Shown here piece after piece: positions 1 through 13,807 of a stretch of DNA of 64,000 nt; position 1 is the stretch's first letter, and each line of letters starts with the position of its first letter. The notes below the pieces were generated by a model. The model did no database searches, had not been told where the DNA came from, and was given only the letters and a program-made list of their open reading frames with translations. Both the position numbers and the translations under genes were made by a program. Source of the DNA: Paraphysomonas bandaiensis (Eukaryota; Protista; Chrysophyceae); NCBI GenBank assembly GCA_965644295.1, contig CBFFRP010000323.1, positions 34,778-98,777 on the forward strand. The letters run 5' to 3'.

Positions 1-1184
1 GGATGTCGATGCCAGATTGCAATGGTCTTGAATGACGCATAGTAATTTGACTTCGTAGAGACCTTTGTACTTCGTTGCTGTGGACCAAAAAATCCCCACC
101 ATCATCGTATACACGGGATCCATTCGGTTCGAATACGATGTTGCAACCTGAATTTGCTAGTTAGTTGATAGATATTAACGTTTTTGATGCATCCACAACT
201 AATTTGCACTTGTTGGTTAGTCCTAGCTTGCCGTAACCCAGGACGTATCTTATATAGTCTGTGTGTCTAATAAAAATTTAGGCAATTGTTATTTCATTAT
301 CTTGTTGTATTCACTTGTATAGTATACTATGTTAAGGGGTATACGTAAATTAGTTAATCTTAATATTTTTGGATACACACACACAACAACCTGTGTAAAA
401 TAATACAGCACAGAAATACATGTATGAGCTAATACCTCAGAGGTATGAGATGGTCATTGACATTTGACATGACATTTGAGATATTAAAAAGAAGACATAG
501 GGTTGTGACGCATTGTACAGAATCGAATTTATGTGTGAGTGATCATTGACAATTATTACCAGGTGAAATACTGTTCACAGTTGAGTTTTGCTGTTTGTGA
601 GCAATTAAAAGCTGTACTTTTCAACACTATTTCAGTTTCTCAGTTTCACACTATTACTCCTATCTTCTTAATACCTCAGTAGTTCATGTAATACTGTTAA
701 TTACTGCTGTATTCTTCAAGTAACGGTCATAATTCAAATATTCACGTTGATCATTTACTTTACCTACTTATAATTGATTCTGTAATCTTAATGTTGCGTC
801 GGGAATTCTTGTGTTATTTTATGATTATATTACGATTTCACTTTTATTTGACGAGAGTATCCTTTGTTCTGGGTGTCTCTAATCTATAAATCACTAACTA
901 TAAAGTTGACAATCAAATGGCATTGGCGGACACCTTTATCTCCTTACTCTTGCTCTTTGTTACATAAACATATCTGAAACATGGATTACTTCTAGATGCA
1001 ATGCGGAATAACGAATAGTAATCAGTTTGTTCGGGAAACTGTCCTTTGATGCCAATGCACCATTACGCTTGTAATATTTATGATGCTAATTAACACAAAG
1101 GGTAATTGGTGATTGAATATGATAAATACAACATTACTATCTCCAACAACATATTGGTGTGAATATCGAAATAGAAAACGTAAT

Positions 1185-1574
1185 TTACTTCGCGTCGCCT
1201 CCTTTTTCCTCTTCGGGCACATCTGCTTCAATACCCGCCTACAAACCCTATAAGACTAACTCATTACCAACTAATCCGCCATACCTGATCCATTAATTCG
1301 GCAATTGACCTTTCAAGATCATCGATTCTGCTTCCCATTTCGTCAACTGCGTAACGATTCAGTTAAACACAATCATTTCAGCCGCTTGTTTCTTACTTCT
1401 GCCGATGATCGTTGAAGACATCTGGTTGAAACGGTTTTGCTGTCATACAGTCAGATTAACACACAGACAGTCATACGCAGTCTGCTCTACCATCTGCTCC
1501 AGTAAATTCTGGACAAAAATAGTCAGATCTTGAGAGGTCTCTGGTGTTGCATCGCCTGCTCCTGCGTCTGCCAT
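1185..1574 (-). CDS. HSBP1: Heat shock factor binding protein 1 (4 exons)
   Basis: Manual splicing across three GT-AG introns gives [80 protein letters not shown], the typical HSBP1 coiled coil; absent from the ORF track. Confidence 0.9.
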
Positions 1575-1985
1575 TGCTTTCTATAAAACACAACACGATA
1601 ATATGCGTAGCTACTCTGTTGGCGGGGGAGAAGAGGGTCTTGTTTGAATAGAGGGATTGAAACTATAACTGCGCTGCGCTGCGCTGCTGTATGCTGTGAT
1701 TATATAGTACTGTAGAGGTATACAGCGAGCCCTACACCTACAGCGAGCCCTACATTCATATACATACAACACACACACACACCTGCACCAGCACCAGCAC
1801 CAGCACCACTTGAAAACAACACAGCTTGAATTCACCGGTATACGTATCTGTATATGTCCCGCATACAGTACCGACCATGGAGTGTGGGTGCCCGGCGCAT
1901 ATATATGGACCCCTGTGTACAAGCACACACCACATAGAGAAATAGCCACACCATTCGTAACCTTGAGTCCAACCTATCGATAGTT

Positions 1986-3246
1986 ATGCTATTCCCTCTG
2001 GACTCTTTCGATGTCGCCGAGGACCCATCAAAATGTAAGCCTGTAAAGATACTGAAAGAAGAAAAAAACAAACTCAAATATGAAGAGAAGAAAAAACGCG
2101 CCCTCGCTCGTCACAGAGCCCATAAGATGAAGAAACACGAGTCGATTGAGTCAATGAACGACGAGGCGAGGTTGATGTATATTCAAACTCAAAAGGAAAT
2201 TAAAAATCGCGAAAGAGAGAATGCGAAGAGGTCACTGGAGGCTCCTGTGAGAGTGTGTATAGATCTTGACTACATGGATGAAAACAGCGACAAGGAAATG
2301 CGCAGCTTAGTAGTCCAAGTGCGTCTGTCATATGTGGAGATTAAGCGAGCTTTGTCTCCTCTTTCTCTCCATTTGTGCTCTTTGACTGGAAAAATACATC
2401 GTCATCTGGCTGACCAAGGAGTGGACAATTGGTTCGTACATAGGCATTCTGAGACTGTATTGGACACTTTTCCGAGCCAAAATATTGTAATATTATCTCC
2501 TGATGCTGAAGAAGCACTTATGGAATTAGACCCTCTCAAGGTGACTGCCTCCTCAATATCTACGTAAAGTATATACTATGTAAAGGGTTATGTGCTCTCT
2601 ATGTGCATTCTTCACAGGAGATATACATTGGTTCACGATATACTTCTTATTGGCGATGTGTTTCAGGTATATGTTATTGGCGGTATAGTTGATCGAACCA
2701 TAAGAAAGCACATTTCGCTATCAAAAGCTAACGATCATGAGGTATGGGTATACATGCTTGACATAAGAGGTTTTTAGTCATGTCAATGCATTGAATTTCT
2801 TGTATAGGTTCAAGCGGTTAGACTTCCAATAAGAGAGTATTTTCCCGATTGTCCGAACACGGTTCTTAATATAGATCAGGTGCTTCAGCATATCCATGGT
2901 CTATTATCTAGAATTACATCTATCATACAGTCATGCATATGTCTTATTGCAGTGTAGCTATTTTCTTTACATAAGCATGTTTATACTGGTTGTCGACTAG
3001 GTCCTGCGATGTCTATGCGTCTACAATCATACCACTGATTGGGTAACCGCGTTACGAGAGGCTGTACCTGTTAGAAGGGCTATTCCCGGCCGTGAAGAGC
3101 GACAAAAGCGAGCCGATATGGCAACAGCGGACAACCTCGTTTTGGATACATATGTAACAAACAGAGACGACACGGTAGATGAAGAGGGAAATGAAGTGAA
3201 TACAGACAAGGAGGATGACTATAATGGCTGTGTGACAAGCGGTTGA
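1986..3246 (+). CDS. TRMT10: tRNA m1G9/m1A9 methyltransferase, Trm10 family (about 4 exons)
   Basis: Motifs VCIDLDY..MSDKE..SL..Q, LSPDAEE.L, VYVIGGIVDR, RLPI.EY, VLNIDQV; TGA stop at 3244-3246. Confidence 0.9.
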
Positions 3247-4434
3247 ATTCCCACGGATAACGCAACAGTTCATTTAGAAGTAATAGTAACAATGGATATC
3301 ATCATCTACAGTTTTCAATGTTTAGCCATCAGTAGTTCTGGGCCAGAATACCCCTCACCCCATATTTTCCTATGAAAGAAAGACTATCAATGTGGCTGTT
3401 AGCGATGCTGATATATCGAATACGTCAAAATTTGACATCAGATATCAGACCCACCCATTCTGTGTCACTTGTTATAAGGGTTTCGCTCCTAAAGGCTTAA
3501 TATGTAATTATCCTTGTTTAACTGAAAATTTTATTTAGAAATAATGGAAAAAGGATCAGTATGTATTGCTTAATCTTCCCCCGAGTGTCATACAGCTATA
3601 CTATAAAATCACAAAGTAATTTGCTGAATTTTGGACTTTATCAATAATCAGCTTATTAAAAGTTTCGATAATCATCCCTCATCATCATTGCCATTCACTA
3701 TATTGACGTTGACACTACAACCAATCAATATTATATGATCTCAGATACACACAATCTTATACAGTCGATGCCCCATTCCAAGAGCGTGCCCTAGTAAAGT
3801 GCTAGTGTTGATTAAACTAAGTAACGTATAGATTGTTAATAAAATCCCGGTGTTTTCTTTGTGTGTCGGCATCAAGCATGCCCCGGCTAGAGGCTAGATC
3901 TACAATATACACTATACTTGCAAGCCCATATGGGATTACGAGAAACCCCGCGCATTTTAGGGGAGGAGGAAGCTCGGCCAATGCCGCCTATAATGAGTCA
4001 TGTATGGCCACGAGAAGCTTCGTGAAATCTTTGTTAGGTAATGGGAAGGTAAACATGGCCCTACTAAAATCTGAACGAATTTAAGTCTTGCATAGCTATG
4101 AGAAAGTGAGCACGGGTGGGAGGCAACAGAATAAGCAAGTGATCTATAGTACAGTTACGGCGATACACGGACAGGCGGGTGGTAGAATCAGCGCAAAATA
4201 TCGGTGTTATATGTGGTGTCCCAGCGAGCCTGCACTATGCATGACCACTGTCGGAATGGGGCAGGCGATATATCTCAGTCTCACTTGTTGCGTTTCGCTC
4301 ATTTGTAAGTAATTAAAAGCTGCATTTTAAAGTTTATGAATTATAACTGTTACTTAAAGAATATAGTACTTAAGACAGTGCTTATAGTCACAGGAATGTT
4401 GTTAACTTACCTGTACACATATCAAATGTAGTAC

Positions 4435-5439
4435 TTAACAAAGACGAGTACATACAGGGCAGTTTCTCTTGGCAGAAGGCTGAGAATCATTAGCTCTTAT
4501 CCTCCGTCTTGCATTCATAAATTGTTTTACTGCCACAAAATTAGAGCCGTATGACCTATACTGGTCATTAGTTGGTGCCAAAAAAGCACAATCACATTCA
4601 CGACACCACGTAGCTACACCAGATCTGTGTCCTCCACTAAAGTTGTACTGGATGTGCCACAATCCTTTCTCATTTTGAAATACCACCAGTTTATCTACTC
4701 TCGATACATTAATTGCTTCAAAGTTATGTATGATTTCACCGTCTGTTTGTAGAGGAAACATGAGTTCCAGCAAACCATAGTAATTTGCTTCTCGTATCAT
4801 TTCCTGTAAATGCGCCTCTGACAGTTCAACAACGAAGTTTTCAGGATCGCGCAAAAAATTTAAAATATGCCTAAAATGCGTCCCATCACGGTCAATAAAG
4901 AAATACTTTTCATCATCCAATGGCAGGGAATGTCTTCCAGAAAACATAGCGCCTATCATTGTGTCAGGGAATCTTCTCAGTGTGGTAAGTGAAGTTGTGT
5001 ATCGCATTCCGCCAACGTCAATCTTGATCTGACTTGAAAACGTTTGAATATGTTCCAGCCTCTTTTTCTCTTCATTCCACTGCTCAATCTCCTTCTTCAT
5101 TTCATCGACCTCTTCTTGTGCGACTTCTAATATTTTGATTGCTTTAAATTCGGCATCTTTGGTCGTCTTAGCCGCCTTGGATTCGGCATCTTTGGTCGTA
5201 TTGGCTGCTTTGGATTCAGCATCTTTGATTTTTTTTCGTGATTGCTTCTCAGTTTCTTCAATAGTTCGCTCTTGCAGCTCCTTAAAATCAGATATCTCTC
5301 TCTTCAGTTTATCTTCTCTTGCTTTCAACTGAGTGAGAAGATCATCAAGACTCGACTTCAACTGATTAGCAGCATTCTCTGTCACCACATCCATATCTCC
5401 CATTTTAATATGCCAGTATTCTTCGTAGAGTTGTCTCAC
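4435..5439 (-). CDS. Coiled-coil + BTB/POZ (KCTD-type) domain protein
   Basis: IKIDVGG.RYTTSLTTL..FPDTMIGAMFSGR..YFFIDRDGTHFRHILNFLR..EANYYGL; N-terminal coiled coil with three 11-aa repeats (KDAESKAA.TT); C-terminal CxxC..CxxC. Confidence 0.88.
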   Translation of the reverse strand: MRQLYEEYWHIKMGDMDVVTENAANQLKSSLDDLLTQLKAREDKLKREISDFKELQERTIEETEKQSRKKIKDAESKAANTTKDAESKAAKTTKDAEFKAIKILEVAQEEVDEMKKEIEQWNEEKKRLEHIQTFSSQIKIDVGGMRYTTSLTTLRRFPDTMIGAMFSGRHSLPLDDEKYFFIDRDGTHFRHILNFLRDPENFVVELSEAHLQEMIREANYYGLLELMFPLQTDGEIIHNFEAINVSRVDKLVVFQNEKGLWHIQYNFSGGHRSGVATWCRECDCAFLAPTNDQYRSYGSNFVAVKQFMNARRRIRANDSQPSAKRNCPVCTRLC

Positions 5440-6932
5440 GTTAAGTTAGATGCAGTGATGCAAGGTATGAATCTGGGCGATGTTTGTATTCCACGCAGGT
5501 CCTTTTTTTGGATTGTTTGGTCCTTCTAGAGCTACACGACTACGTACTAATATACAGGTACACTGTACAGGTATACCGGTACACGATCGAACCCACAGTA
5601 TACAGCAGTATACCAGTATATCGTACTATACAACATGCAATAGTATTTTTCGATTAAAAACTTGGTGTTTTTTGCGGTGGTGTGGGGAAAAAATCAGCGG
5701 AAACCTGCGCTGCAAGAGGACACAAGAGCAGAGCCCGTATGCATGAGATAACTGGGAATAGAACTGGAGTCACATCACAAGGGAGGGGTACGGACCTCGA
5801 GGAAGAAGAACTGTCAGGTGATGTTGTTGGTGCAGTGTGTTGATCTGGATGTCGTGTGAAGCACAGAGAGGTGAGTCATTCCAAGATGATGATGATGATG
5901 GTGAGACTCACTCACACTTATATCTGTATTCACGATATAAGATTCTTAAGTAGTCGAAGGCATGAACGCATATGTATGTGTATACGTATGTATCTCTGCG
6001 GATGTTCACGAGCTCGAGCAGCCGATTCATGAGTAACTGCTGAAAACTAACTGTTTAAAGTAGCATCTTGGGGGCTAGAGGAGCAGCTGGTTGTATACCT
6101 AAGGCGACATAGTAGCAGAATAAGAGGTTGGATTTACGTATCGAAGGAAGGTTCTACCTGTTGAGGTATTCTATGAAATGCAATACTGTAAACTTCATAA
6201 TTAGAAGTCGTGAATACAGTACTTAATAACAGTAGTGGATGGGAGCACTGAAATGTTGTGAAGTTTATAAGACAATCCGAAATAAAGTGACTGTAATATG
6301 TGGTAAATGCTTAATAATATAAATTATTACTTGGCTGTACCACCGTGACCCATGCATGATTACACAGAACCCAGCCTATTCTGGGGAGAGGGGGACTCAA
6401 TGTCTTACTCGGTCTGTACGTATATACTTTCCTTTTCGGGATCCATACGTGTACACGCTCTATATGAGCAGTTGAGATGGCTGAGGGGTACAAGGGACAA
6501 TTTCTAGTGCATTGTCAGCATCATCATAAACACTTTTATGTCGCTATAATACTCTCAACTTAGATTGTACTCAATATTAATAAAAGAGACTGTTAAACTC
6601 CTTTTTGCACACTCAAGTGTAGAAGAAGTATAGTAGTATTCAAATGGTTTGTGCATACTGTGAGGTTGGTATCTGAGGCACCATTCCAAACTTCCACATC
6701 ATCCATCTCTTTTTGACCAGCAATCACGCAATCACCAGATATATCTTTGTACACCATCTTGTATCTGTATTTCATAGTTAGGAGCTCATGTTAAGCGTAC
6801 TCACTCCTACTGTAGCCTTGATATGTACTGACAAATATGTAGTTGTTGTTGACAAATAAGCTGATATTTTACTCTTTCGGAGACAGAAGCTGTTCACTAC
6901 CAGCTCGTTCGTTTATTTTGGGTTCCTCAAAG

Positions 6933-7204
6933 TTCAGAATTTTGAAACTTCAGACATAACTTTTAGTCATTTGTATGGGATATCAAATTAATCCTACCAT
7001 GATACAGAGTATCTAAAAATCGATTATTTATTATAGGTGTAAATATTATGATATAATAGTACTCTGCACTCACTGAAATTTAATTTTATCGGCTCAGGTT
7101 ACTATAATAAGTAATTGAGTTTAGATATAATATATCATGGTAGGATTGATTCGATATCCTATAAAAATGACAAAATGTTTAGTCTGAACTTTCAAAATTC
7201 TGAA
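6933..7204. mobile_element. Foldback/MITE-like degenerate inverted repeat with ~105-bp arms
   Basis: 6933-7036 (ttcagaattttgaaacttcagac..atcctaccatgata..ttatag) is the approximate reverse complement of 7102-7204. Confidence 0.75.
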
Positions 7205-7550
7205 GTTCATAAAAAAATGATGAAAATAGATTAGATCAGATCAATGAGTGCAGAGTTCGTTTATATGATTCACATGACGTCATTATTTTACTGAGGTGAG
7301 TTCATAACACTTTATTTAGACCATAATAGATGGAAGAACATATATATTTACCCCTGCTTATGTTTAGTGACGTTGTTGTTGAGAGTTTCCTCACTAATCT
7401 TTGGTGATACCTCGAAGGGTACGTGCATTCTGATAACAAGTAGGTACTGATATGCAACGTCACCGATGATGGCTCAGGGTAAGTAGTCTTTGTTTGGCAA
7501 TGCACTGAGTGTTTCAAGTGATAGTAAATGTCTTATATTATATCTTATAG

Positions 7551-7686
7551 TAGCAATAATAGGCGTTTAAGTATCAGAACTAATCTAGCATTGTAGTTTA
7601 ACTAAATAGTGCTTAATTCTGGTGTCCTACTATTTTAACGATACGAAATCTTCTTGTGCGTCATTGCAAGCATCAAGGTGCAACCA
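7551..7686 (-). repeat. Dispersed repeat family B, partial copy
   Basis: Degenerate reverse complement of the core GGTTGCACCTTGGTGCTTGCGGTGACGCACAAG...ACGCCTATTGCTA. Confidence 0.7.
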
Positions 7687-8448
7687 TATATTGCCGTTAG
7701 GATTCTAGAATATTGCAGTGCATAGTACATACTATATATATATCGTAGGTATTCTAGTATTAAGTAAAACTCAACAAAGTGATGTATACTGTATACTATG
7801 GTATATATATAGCAACTAGCAACTGATTAAAGGTCAATGATGAACAACATCTGACGACAGCAGAAAATGATCTGGATAATATGTATAGTTTGACATGATG
7901 ATAGCTTATGTTATATGAATATACATAAAGATAGTGCTAAATTATTATAATCTGTTAAATCAGTTATCGTGAGTTGACTCAGTTCATAATGTCAAAACAC
8001 TAAACAAAGTCAATATCTTACAGTGAGCTCAATGACTAAATGGAATATGACTACCGATTAATGATACTTATAAGATGTTGTAATAATGGTATTGTTGGAA
8101 TGGTTAGAAAAATATTGCAATGTTATTGACAGGCGCAACCTTCTAACAATACTATTGCAATATAGTGCTTATCAGCCCTCTGGAGTAAAACTATAACACA
8201 ATCGATTTTCACAACATAATTCTGAATGTATTTGCAAATGAGAAAATAAAATAATTACCCACATTACACATGCCACATTACAGTTAGTCGCATATTATTT
8301 TATAAAATCACATATGACAAATGTTTATATAGAATCTGTTTTTAGAATCATAACTGAAGACTGACAAACACGACCGCGTCACACACATAATATTGACACC
8401 GTCAACTGATAGGGATGAAATGAGACAATTCTTGCGATACCAGAAGCT

Positions 8449-11157
8449 TCATACAAGCTCAACACCATTAGCATTAACTTGCTTTTCAGAGTTACTTTCG
8501 GAACCCTCGAGTGGCTTATAGTTATCACTTGGAGTGTCCCGTCCCGTAGGAGGAGCTGTTTGATCATGTTTGGGTGTACTGTCTACTGGAATGATTTTAG
8601 TCCGCGCACTATTGACTTCAGGTGTCACCATACGAAAACACTTAACAAAGGGGCGTAGTACCATAATTACACACGCAAAGTATTTGTAATACGGCTCAAG
8701 TCGTCGTTTCCATACTTTTCCCGCCTCGGTGCCATTAGAAGCCCATAAGTTGCCAATGGGGGCAACAATGTAGTAAGTCACAAAGAGAGCCACGAACATT
8801 GCTATCGGAAACCTTTTTTCCGGATGGTGACCACAAGTCTCCAAGTAAGAATCATCACTCTCAGTGCGGAAGTGAGTCAACAGGCACGTAATCCACTCAA
8901 TAGCAGACTCATTGTTTTCTACTCGCTTCTCTATAAAATAGATGGGACGCATTACAAAAATCAGGACGGGAAGTACTCCGACAAACAAAAATACTCCAAT
9001 GAACATTGTCCGATACGACTTCCATAGCTTTGAGAAAGACCCTGATACTGCAAGAGACACCTTAATCGTAGTAAAGACCACAGCAGCCGTTAGAATCGTA
9101 GCTACAGAATAAATAATCACACTAGGAATGTTACGAACGTTGAATAATTCGACGATACTTTGAGAATCCCAAGAGCAGTAGAGCTGAAAGTTAGTCCTTC
9201 CCACCATATCCGCACTCTGGGGGTATAGGATTTGGAAGAGCGTTAGAAATAACATCACAGCCCCAAACCCATAGACATAGATGTAGCGATATTTCTTCAC
9301 ACTTTTCGCCTCAAGAATCACACGGCACCATAATTCTGATGCCATCGCAAAGAACATGAAGTAAATAAAGTTGTCATAGAAAGCAAAATATATGGCCGAA
9401 AATGCACAGGAAAAGTCAAGTGGAGTGTCTCCAGCGTCTTCTATGGATCGGCTCTGATTGTTATCCTTGCATACAATCTCAAAGTCTTTCCTACCAGTCA
9501 AAATTAAACAGAACAGCACTGTGGTTGGCCACATAGCCCATAATATCGCAACTAGGAATGGATTTCTTTTATTCGGAGAAGTAAGAAAGTAGAGGTTATA
9601 GAGAGCCAATGAGAGTGTGACTAAGGAAAACCATTGCGTTGTGATCAGAAAATTATAGAGCATGTCAGATTCCTCATATGTGAATGCCCGGAATGGACAG
9701 GAGGACACACACCCGAAACCTATAGTTGTTATGTTAAAAGGAATTATAAAAATGTAGTGCAAGCATACAATACAAATAATCATTGTAAAATAGAGATGTA
9801 TATACACTTCATAGTAGTATCACTACTTAATATAGTGCATAGGTTTCAAAGCAAGTGTAACATACCATGCAGCCATTGCACCCTGTTTCCGTTGGGATCA
9901 TCAGGAACTACAAACGCATACGGGCATTCGGTTTTACCCTGAAAGGTAGTATTCATCATGTAATTCGGATCCGTTTCGAGTAACACTGGCCCCCATCCTA
10001 ATTAAATTAATTAGATTCATATGTTGTTTTATAGTATATATTATACATTACACGTACCGAGATCAACCGCAGCAATTGTCTGTGTGTCATTCGGAAACAA
10101 CGCCAAATTCCCAGCAGTGGCAGAACAATCCATTCCAAACTCAGGCACAATATCCAGGAAATCAGCACAGGTATCTAAAAACGTTGTGCATATTGATAGA
10201 TGTGGAAATGAAGGGAAAACGAGTGGTCCGAATAAAAACGATAATGCGAATGACTCTTGCGGAGCTGGATACATTAATCCACAAGCCATTTTTCTAAAAT
10301 CGGTTTGACAATCATCTTTCGTCATTAAAGGGAAGTTAGATATCCATTCAATAGCACCATATTCCACCATAGACTGTGCCACATAAGGTGGCAAGTATGG
10401 TGGTAGATTGGGATCAATACTGGATGGTGACGGCGTCGCAATGTCATCGGTCACACCTTGACAAATATTGCCAATGTATGGTTCTGCAGATTCTGCCACA
10501 AGGAGAGTATTCTATATAAAACATATGAATTAGAATATTCATAGATAATATGTCATATCACTCTGATGATATATAATATAAAGACAAAAGAGAGTACTAT
10601 CTACCTCTGTGTACGCCATGGCATTGCATTGATCAGGGTCATTCGAAGAGTCAAACAATTCGCTTGAACAATTCATAGCAGTTCCAAGATTCTCCATCCA
10701 CCCAGCACATGAAGATCCCAAATAAGTAGTGGAGTCGCAGAGTGAACGACAAGGACGCTGGTAGGGTAGTTCATCATCGCTTTCTAGATAGTCAACAAAT
10801 CACACTTCACAGGCAGTACCAGATATAAGCATACCTGTTGATACAGTGGGCTGATAGACAACAGCACAAACGAGACGCTTCATGTCAGACTTGCAGTCTG
10901 CCCCCAGAAAGGCCCACGAAGGGCTCATCATAGATATGGCCAACGCATTCAACTCATCTGAACGTATATACACATTAGCGTATACATGAAACCATAAGAA
11001 AGCGACCTGCTGATGAGCCTTCCGGAACAAAGAAATCATAATCGACAACACCCGAGCAGAGTGTGTATGGATTATAAGCATCTGGCAGCGTCTCAGACGA
11101 GACAGTGGCGATAAACCCCACCACAGAAGAGAAAACGAGAGAGGCGATACGAGTCAT
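8449..11157 (-). CDS. Frizzled/Smoothened-like 7TM receptor with signal peptide and two cysteine-rich domains (multi-exon)
   Basis: Signal peptide MTRIASLVFSS; CRD1 (CSGVV..CKSDMKRLVCAVVYQP..RPCRSLC..C..C); CRD2 (CQGV..CQTDFRKMACGLMYP..C..C..C); linker CP..GCVSSCP; about 7 hydrophobic helices in ORF 8449-9807. Confidence 0.7.
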
Positions 11158-11296
11158 TATGATGTCGGATGAAATTATGATTGCTAACGGATGACATTCT
11201 AGCTAACACAGACATGGCCCCTGCCCTGAATCTCTGCCCTTGCCTCTGCCTCTGCCTTCGGTGTCATGTGAGTGGATTGAGGGACGGATATGATAC

Positions 11297-11341
11297 ACAT
11301 ACATATACATACATACATACATACATACATACATACATACG
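11297..11341. repeat. (CATA)n microsatellite in a divergent promoter
   Basis: Read directly; similar tracts at 33250-33365 and 45860-45908. Confidence 0.9.
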
Positions 11342-11690
11342 TACACACTGCTGTAGACAGACCTCTAGACATACCACTGTATACCATAGAATACAGCAGT
11401 ATACCGGTAGAGAGATGGAGGGCATCAACAGAGGTCTCTATTCAAAATACCTGGAATACTTTGGAATACCGCCTGCTCGAAATACAGTGGGAAGGAGAAG
11501 AAGAATACATACTGTATTTACAGTATACTGTGCGTTCGTTTCATTGTCTGTATGGGCATACCAGCGCAGTGTACTCCTGTACCTCTATAGCATATGCAGC
11601 CAACAGCATGCTGTGGTACACTCAGACAGAGCAGCAGTCATGATTATACTCATTCACTGAACAACAGCTAGAACACTAATTTGTATTCAT

Positions 11691-12005
11691 ATGGAATCTT
11701 CTGAGGCTACTTTCCAGAGACTGAAGCAAGACACAGGGATTGATTTCAATGCCCTGCGAGAGAAATACAAGAATATGCCCCGTGAGTGTGAAGAGAATAA
11801 TGGACAAGACAACTCACAGGAGAGCGAAGTGAATCGAAACAGAGATGCCTTAAAACAGCTGGACAAATATAAGGTGTGTAAAACCTGTCACGGACTTGGA
11901 ACAGTGACAGAGGTGTACAATCATTTTAACATTGAAACTAACTGTCCGGATTGTGATGGCGAGTGCATCATGCATCAGGAGATCCCTACACTAAATGCCC
12001 CGTAA
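11691..12005 (+). CDS. Small protein with DnaJ-type Zn finger
   Basis: CKTCHGLG...CPDCDGE motifs; single 104-aa ORF divergent from the receptor gene. Confidence 0.7.
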   Translation: MESSEATFQRLKQDTGIDFNALREKYKNMPRECEENNGQDNSQESEVNRNRDALKQLDKYKVCKTCHGLGTVTEVYNHFNIETNCPDCDGECIMHQEIPTLNAP

Positions 12006-13504
12006 TTCCGTTGGCTTAATATAGTAGTCTGTAAATAGCTAAATAGAGTTTTTTATGTCAACCCCAATGACCTGACATTCGATTCTTGCGATGAATCATT
12101 TTCAAGTATGAAAACTTAAAATTAATATTTCTTATAGAGAAAATATTCAATCCAGTTTCTGAAGAATAAATATGAGGAATTTTTTCTATACAAACTTGTT
12201 CAACGCAAATGCCACTTTTGATATAATTAACCACACAGTGTTAGCAGGATAGACTAGACAATACGACAACACAATACCTCGACTAGTAGTTGATAAAGGA
12301 GTCAGCTTTCGCTGGTTAAAGCCTGCGATTTAGCATTACGAACTAACAGTTTAAGAAGGAGACTTTAAAGTACACAATGTGAATTCACTTTGCTGTACAT
12401 AGAAAATAAATGATTGCGTATGGCTGATAATGGGCCACTTGCGAAATTCTAATCAATGAAATTTATATTGTTTCAAATCAAGAAGGCAGCAAGTCAGTTG
12501 TGCGTTCATTTAACCAACTAAACTCCAAAAAAGTAATGAATTTTGGAGGAAGTGTGGTACTTTGTATTTATTATTACTGATATAAAACATGATTAATGAA
12601 CTAAGAAAAATCTATATTAGTGGGTTTAAAACTTGATTGCTACTGATGTAAAGGATTTTGAAGTCGTGAACATGTGAGCCCTTTACAGAAATAATAACGG
12701 CTATGAATAATATCTGCACTTTAAAAGGTCCATGCAGAGTCGTGTATTGCTATTCTAATTCATTATGATCGATGTAAGCTGATATCAATTCTAATGCCTC
12801 AGAGATAGTCACCAGTACATAACCTAAGAGTTAATAATCTCACCAGTGTAGAGCATGAGGATGACAAGCATTTGTAGCATTAGTTACAAGTTGCACTCAT
12901 ACAGATCTCAGATGGACCATCCCTCCTTTAATATCATCGAGTGGGATATGTCAGTGTGGTGTCCGATCAGAGTAGATTACATCTATTCACTTCTGATCAC
13001 TCATGTTATCTGTTGGATAGAACCCATACGTCTAGTATTGCAGAGCCCAGTTGTGCCCTCCGGGATAGCATCAGCTGGTCGCTAGATACGCTGGACACTT
13101 CTGTCCTTATCTTCTAGACGTGAACCCACTGGGAGTGAAGGAGATGCTGATGTATATATTACTGTATTCTCTGTAGTCAAGGGCATGCTGTGCACCTGTC
13201 TAGCGGATATCTGTCCGGCTCCCGTAGCCGTAAACGTGAAAACTGAAAACCGTTGCAAATATCTCATCCACTCGTGCATACTAACATACGCACATCTTCA
13301 TGTGATGAATACACGAGAACACCATCCGACTCTTCCGACATGAATCGCCAGCGAATTTCATACTCTCTACACCCGCTAATAGCAACCACTGGAGTGCTTC
13401 TAAGATAATAGCATTGGAGTCCATTCCTTACAGTTGATTCTATAGTGCTGTCTTGCTCTGTAAACTGATCTGTCTGTTCGTTTCTAATTAACGTTAGCAT
13501 TGAG

Positions 13505-13807
13505 ATGAGTGCCAATCAAAAAGTTGTTGTACCATTAGATCCAGGTGCGTCTAAGAGGCATCTTGTAACAACTCAAAGGTCTGGGACTGTAATGCCGGCT
13601 GAGCATAAGAAAAAACACAATAAGACAAAAAAATCAATTGGCGACTTTTTTAATTGTTTCTCTTCTGCCAAAGAAAAGAATGTGAACAATGACCGGACAA
13701 AGTCAACGAATACAACTGATTTAGGGGTAGTAAAGGAAGATAAAGGCGAAGATAATGACAAACAACAGAAAACTAGCACTGTGGGTGCACGACCTCCTAC
13801 TGCATAG
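13505..13807 (+). CDS. Hypothetical small hydrophilic Lys-rich protein
   Basis: 100-aa ATG ORF with protein-like composition; no recognised domain. Confidence 0.35.
   Translation: MSANQKVVVPLDPGASKRHLVTTQRSGTVMPAEHKKKHNKTKKSIGDFFNCFSSAKEKNVNNDRTKSTNTTDLGVVKEDKGEDNDKQQKTSTVGARPPTA

Noticed and set aside
1-150. Possible Copia RNase H remnant on the minus strand (STKSNYYASFKTIAIW)
   Set aside because: Too short and degenerate to support
3833-4084. RT-like PYG..NPA.F motif
   Set aside because: No YxDD or other RT motifs nearby
12855-13515. RVDYIYS endonuclease-like motif and adjacent minus-strand ORFs
   Set aside because: A single weak motif with no other supporting residues
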